Both the position numbers and the translations under genes were made by a program. From positions 1-26,611 of the forward strand of contig JBCBJQ010000083.1 in the NCBI GenBank assembly GCA_038523235.1: a DNA stretch of 26,611 nucleotides, read 5' to 3'. The notes under the pieces are model-generated. The model did not search any database. It was not told the DNA's origin and saw only the letters and a list, made by a program, of their open reading frames with translations. Origin of the DNA: Cyanobacteria bacterium J06626_4. GTDB lineage: Bacteria; Cyanobacteriota; Cyanobacteriia; Phormidesmidales; Phormidesmidaceae. This document shows positions 22,689 to 26,611 of the stretch, one piece after another; within the stretch, counting starts at the first letter, position 1, and every line of letters starts with the position of its first letter.

Positions 22689-22874
22689 GCGGTGCAAGTT
22701 TATTTCACGCCCCTGCGCCGCTAAGGCCGGCCGTTGGTATGCCTCGATGACTCAGCGAGTTCTGGCATGTGCCCATCGAGCCGGTCTAAGGATTGAAGTA
22801 TTGCGGTGCGATCGCACCGTAGTCGCTTCGTTTAAATCTTTTGCCTTCGGCAGCGGTAAAAGATGAGTAGAACT

Positions 22875-22892
22875 ATTACAAAATGTTTCAGG
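22875..22892 (+). promoter_or_regulatory. HLR1-like repeat upstream of apcA
   Basis: ATTACAAA-AT-GTTTCAGG, about 275 nt upstream of apcA, consistent with a long 5' UTR. Confidence 0.4.
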
Positions 22893-23166
22893 CTGCCTAA
22901 GAAGGCGAGTGTGATACCGGACAATAATTCCGGAAGGTGCCTGTGTCTCAAGGTTTTAGGGAATGGCACTGAAGGGTACAGAGCTTCACACTGAGCGGAG
23001 CGATGCGATCAATCAGTGTTCTAAAGCATTTAGTCACTTAGGCTTTAACTAGGATCAGCAGTGGCCGGTTGAGCCACCGCCCTCAGGGGCGATCGCTGAC
23101 TTTCTAGATTCAGTGAATACCAGTTGCTAATAATATCTGGTTACTTTTTTCGGAGGAATCCACCCA

Positions 23167-23652
23167 ATGAGCATTGTCACGAAATCTATCGTGAACGCTG
23201 ATGCTGAGGCCCGTTACCTCAGCCCTGGCGAACTAGACCGAATCAAAACCTTTGTGACTTCTGGCGAGCGTCGCCTGCGGATCGCTCAGGTTTTAACTGA
23301 GTCTCGCGAGCGTATCGTCAAGCAAGCTGGCGACCAGCTGTTTCAAAAGCGCCCTGATGTTGTTTCCCCCGGTGGAAATGCTTACGGCGAAGAAATGACG
23401 GCTACCTGTTTGCGCGACATGGACTACTATCTGCGTCTCATCACCTACGGTGTGGTGGCGGGCGACGTAACCCCAATCGAAGAGATTGGTCTGGTTGGCG
23501 TCAAGGAAATGTACAACTCCTTGGGCACTTCCATTCCTGCGGTGGCCGAGTCTGTTCGCTGCATGAAGGCAGTGGCTGCTGGTCTGCTGTCTAGCGAAGA
23601 TGCTGGTGAAGCCTCTGCTTACTTTGACTATGTCGTCGGAGCCATGCAGTAA
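23167..23652 (+). CDS. apcA: Allophycocyanin alpha subunit
   Basis: [41 protein letters not shown]; 161 aa. Confidence 0.99.
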   Translation: MSIVTKSIVNADAEARYLSPGELDRIKTFVTSGERRLRIAQVLTESRERIVKQAGDQLFQKRPDVVSPGGNAYGEEMTATCLRDMDYYLRLITYGVVAGDVTPIEEIGLVGVKEMYNSLGTSIPAVAESVRCMKAVAAGLLSSEDAGEASAYFDYVVGAMQ

Positions 23653-23712
23653 TTCTGCTGGATCTAACGCACGTTTTTAACTCAAGTAAGGACATTTTAA
23701 GGAAACAAACCC

Positions 23713-24198
23713 ATGCAAGACGCAATTACTGCCGTCATTAACGCTTCTGACGTTCAAGGTAAGTACCTTGACGGCTCCTCTTTAGATAAGCTCAAAGCTT
23801 ACTTCCAAACCGGTGAACTGCGCGTTCGTGCCGCCACCGCTATCAGCGCCAATGCCGCTGAAATCGTGAAGGAAGCCGTGGCCAAGTCGCTGCTTTATTC
23901 CGATATCACTCGTCCCGGCGGCAACATGTACACCACTCGTCGCTATGCTGCTTGCATTCGCGACTTGGATTACTACCTGCGTTATTCGACCTACGCCATG
24001 CTGGCGGGCGATCCTTCCATCTTGGATGAGCGCGTTCTCAACGGTCTCAAAGAGACTTATAACTCTCTAGGGGTGCCTGTGGGTGCGACCGTTAACGCCA
24101 TTCAAGCCATGAAAGAAGTCACCGCTACCTTAGTGGGTGCTGATGCTGGTAAAGAAATGGGCGTTTACTTTGACTACATCTGCTCTGGTCTGAGCTAG
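23713..24198 (+). CDS. apcB: Allophycocyanin beta subunit
   Basis: [40 protein letters not shown]; 161 aa. Confidence 0.99.
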   Translation: MQDAITAVINASDVQGKYLDGSSLDKLKAYFQTGELRVRAATAISANAAEIVKEAVAKSLLYSDITRPGGNMYTTRRYAACIRDLDYYLRYSTYAMLAGDPSILDERVLNGLKETYNSLGVPVGATVNAIQAMKEVTATLVGADAGKEMGVYFDYICSGLS

Positions 24199-24239
24199 GC
24201 GTTAGTCTGAGTCACGTTTTCCATCATCGATAAGATGCG

Positions 24240-24329
24240 CTCCCGCAGAGCTTCTGTCTGGGGTGAGTGTTGAAGCAAAGGGGTTTCCCGGCTTTAGCAT
24301 TGGCTTGAGACACAGGTTTTCTGCGGGAG
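24240..24329 (+). promoter_or_regulatory. Long intercistronic stem-loop between apcB and apcC
   Basis: CTCCCGCAGAG (24240-50) pairs with TTCTGCGGGAG (24319-29), TCTGT with ACAGG, and AGTGTTGAAGC (24266-76) with GCTTTAGCATT (24291-301). Confidence 0.75.
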
Positions 24330-24455
24330 ATGTTTTAAGATAAGGCTCGTTTTGGTCGGACTGTCTGCTGAATCTCAGAAACTAGGCGCGATCGCCCGTT
24401 GAGCTGTTTGACTAACTGAATGTTGATTGATATAGGTCAGGAGAATTAACTTGCC

Positions 24456-24659
24456 ATGCGAATGTTTAAGATTACGGCCTGTGTTCCTAGCCAAACTCGC
24501 ATTCGCACCCAGCGAGAGTTGCAGAACACCTTCTTTACTAAATTAGTGCCCTACGATAACTGGTTTAGTGAGCAGCAACGGATTCAAAAAATGGGTGGAA
24601 AGATTGTCAAAGTTGAGATGGCGACTGGACGACCCGGCCTTAATACTGGGCTTCTATAG
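24456..24659 (+). CDS. apcC: Phycobilisome small core linker Lc7.8
   Basis: MRMFKITACVPSQTRIRTQRELQNT.FTKLVPYDNWF.EQQRI.KMGGKIVKV; AGGAG SD; 67 aa. Confidence 0.99.
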   Translation: MRMFKITACVPSQTRIRTQRELQNTFFTKLVPYDNWFSEQQRIQKMGGKIVKVEMATGRPGLNTGLL

Positions 24660-24730
24660 TTCTTGTTGCTTTTAACTTGGGGTATTGTGAGTGATTTGAG
24701 TAGGCATGGGTATCCATTGCCTACTTTTTT
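24660..24730 (+). ncRNA. Possible ApcZ-like 3'-end-derived sRNA
   Basis: Based on position (apcC 3' UTR ending in the operon terminator) and a G/U-rich single-stranded stretch before the terminator. Homology was not tested. Confidence 0.35.
24699..24730 (+). terminator. Rho-independent terminator of apcABC
   Basis: AGTAGGCA-TGG-GTAT-CCA-T-TGCCTACT followed by TTTTT. Confidence 0.88.
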
Positions 24731-24969
24731 ATTGGGAGTTCGATATACTGGCCGGATGTTCTGAGGAACAAAGATCCGCTTCTCAGGTGATATCTCAGCT
24801 CACCCAGTTTGGGCGCTAAGTTTTCGACGTCGGCGATCGCCACCTCCCCTCGTTTTGGGGACTGTGAGCTTTGCCCGAGACCGCGAATCAAGGATGCCAT
24901 CAGGCCTGATACCGGCGGTCTAAGATTCCCATTCACAGTCGCCCTAACCCCGATTAATTAAGCAAGTTG

Positions 24970-26163
24970 ATGAATTTCAAGGCCAGTGCAACTCTTTTGT
25001 GGCGATTGTTCCCCGTCGTTGATCCCACGACGGCTCAGTGGTCACGTGAAGCCCGATTAACCCGGTGGCTAACGCTGGTGTGGCTAGCCATTGGACTGAT
25101 TACGCTGTTTTCGGCTTCTTACCCGGTGGCTCTGGAAGAAACGGGGGTGGGGTGGCGGTTTCTGGCGGTTCAGCTGCTCTGGGTTTTTATCGGGCTGACC
25201 CTGTTTAATTGGGTAGTGCAACAGCCGCTGACCCGGCTTATTCGCCTGTCGGGAATCGCTTTTTGTGGGTTATTGGGGCTGCTGATTCTGACCTTAATGC
25301 CCGCTTTAGGGATCACCATCAACGGCGCGACGCGGTGGCTGTCGATCGGTCCTTTTTTGATTCAGCCCTCAGAGCTGCTGAAGCCGCTGCTAATTTTGCA
25401 GGCTGCCCGCCTGTTTGGCCGCTGGTCAAGCTTGCCGTGGTCGACGCGGGGGGTATGGATTGCGCTCTTTGCGATCGCGATCGGCCTGATCTTATTGCAG
25501 CCCAACCTGAGTACGGCGGCGATTTGTGGTCTGTCGCTGTGGCTGATTGCCCTAGCAGCGGGTTTACCTTATCGCTTACTGATTACGACCGCTGTGACCG
25601 GGCTCCTAGCGGCGACTTTTAGCCTAGGTGCCAACGCTTATCAGCGCGAACGCATCACCGCGTTTCTGAATCCTTGGGCCGATCCGACGGGTAATGGCTA
25701 TCAGCTGATTCAAAGTCTGTTGGCGATTGGGTCGGGCCGGTTATTCGGCAGTGGATTTGGCTTTTCTGAGCAGAAGCTGTTTTTCTTACCGATTCAATAC
25801 ACTGATTTTATTTTTGCGGTCTATGCCGAAGAGTTTGGCTTTATCGGCAGCCTGATTTTTCTGCTGCTGCTGCTGGTCTATGCCTCCCTCGCAACGCTGA
25901 TTGCCCTGCGCGCCAACCATCCGCTACATCGCTTGATCGCGGTGGGGGCGATGGTGTTGCTGGTCGGTCAGTCGTTTTTGAACATTGGCGTCGCGGTCGG
26001 CGCCTTGCCCACAACAGGGCTACCGCTGCCCCTGTTTAGCTATGGCGGCAGTTCAATGATTTCGAGCTTGGTGACGGCGGCGCTACTGACTCGGGTGGCT
26101 CGCGAAATTAAGGACGACAATGTCGTCCGCTTGCCCGTTGAACGGGCAACGCCGATCGGATAA
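24970..26163 (+). CDS. ftsW: SEDS family peptidoglycan polymerase FtsW
   Basis: LFSASY, NGATRWL..G...IQPSEL.KP, QPNLSTA, GYQLIQSLLAIGSG...G.G.G.S.QKLFFLP...TDFIFAV..EE.G and LPTTGLPLPLFSYGGSS. ATG 24970 is preferred over TTG 24967. Confidence 0.93.
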   Translation: MNFKASATLLWRLFPVVDPTTAQWSREARLTRWLTLVWLAIGLITLFSASYPVALEETGVGWRFLAVQLLWVFIGLTLFNWVVQQPLTRLIRLSGIAFCGLLGLLILTLMPALGITINGATRWLSIGPFLIQPSELLKPLLILQAARLFGRWSSLPWSTRGVWIALFAIAIGLILLQPNLSTAAICGLSLWLIALAAGLPYRLLITTAVTGLLAATFSLGANAYQRERITAFLNPWADPTGNGYQLIQSLLAIGSGRLFGSGFGFSEQKLFFLPIQYTDFIFAVYAEEFGFIGSLIFLLLLLVYASLATLIALRANHPLHRLIAVGAMVLLVGQSFLNIGVAVGALPTTGLPLPLFSYGGSSMISSLVTAALLTRVAREIKDDNVVRLPVERATPIG

Positions 26164-26252
26164 TGACCAACTTTGCGGTAAACGGTGCAGAGCGATCGCT
26201 AATCGAGTAAGCCTAAAATAGCTAAGGACAACGATGCAGAGCACCTTTGCTG

Positions 26253-26611
26253 ATGGGGCTTTCCTTGTTATCAGAAATCACCAGCGCGATGCAAGCAATC
26301 CCGAACCCTGAATATCGGGCAGAGGTCTATCTAGCGATCTCTAAACAATACAACAAGAACGCTGAGACAGAGAAAGCCCTGCTACATATCGAGCAGGCAA
26401 TCCAAGCGCTTGCCAAACTGCCAATTTGCGAATCTGCTTTTTGGGAATACGAAGTTGCCAGGCAGTTGGCTAATTCCGGTCAGCGCAAGCGCAGTGATGC
26501 AATACTCACTAAACTACTGGGCTGGACTAGAGCAGAAGAGGGTACTGATGCGCAAGTCATTGAGCTAGAAAGGATATCAAGTACTTATGCGGAGATTGGG
26601 CTATTTGACCG
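26253..26611 (+). CDS. TPR-like alpha-helical repeat protein, 5' part (runs off the window; not in the ORF track)
   Basis: The frame is open from ATG 26253 to the window end: MGLSLLSEITSAMQAIPNPEYRAEVYLAISKQY...EKALLHIEQAIQAL...YEVARQLANSGQ...ERISSTYAEIGLFD. Confidence 0.75.
   Translation, partial: MGLSLLSEITSAMQAIPNPEYRAEVYLAISKQYNKNAETEKALLHIEQAIQALAKLPICESAFWEYEVARQLANSGQRKRSDAILTKLLGWTRAEEGTDAQVIELERISSTYAEIGLFD

Noticed and set aside
22934..22975. AGGTGCC...TAGGGAA resembles the start of a cobalamin riboswitch
   Set aside because: No GGTGnAAnTCC, GCnACTG or B12 box follows, and the context (apcA leader) does not fit.

Overview
A core-genome segment of a cyanobacterium, marked by about 30 HIP1 GCGATCGC octamers, phycobilisome genes and a split atp operon. 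Order: chlM 3' end; DUF4241-like gene; Uma2/DUF820 gene; typA divergent from a translationally coupled rimB-like protease and rimK; an orphan PilP/GspC-like proline-rich membrane protein; a Zn-ribbon membrane protein; an ElaA/YjcF-type GNAT; a 552-nt AT-rich gap; a GH116 beta-glucosidase followed by a GT-C-like polytopic membrane protein; the atp1-a-c-b'-b-delta-alpha-gamma operon (minus strand) divergent from apcE-apcA-apcB-apcC; ftsW; and the 5' part of a TPR-like gene. I see no CRISPR array, transposase, prophage, tRNA or rRNA, and no clearly novel multi-gene system. The best leads are the GH116 + GT-C-like pair, the candidate missing cyanobacterial PilP, an ApcZ-like 3'-end sRNA with a possible ocp-pairing seed, stem-loops placed after the high-stoichiometry genes, and two unexplained structured intergenic regions. 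All family calls come from motif recognition, not database searches. ATP synthase symbols follow E. coli nomenclature.
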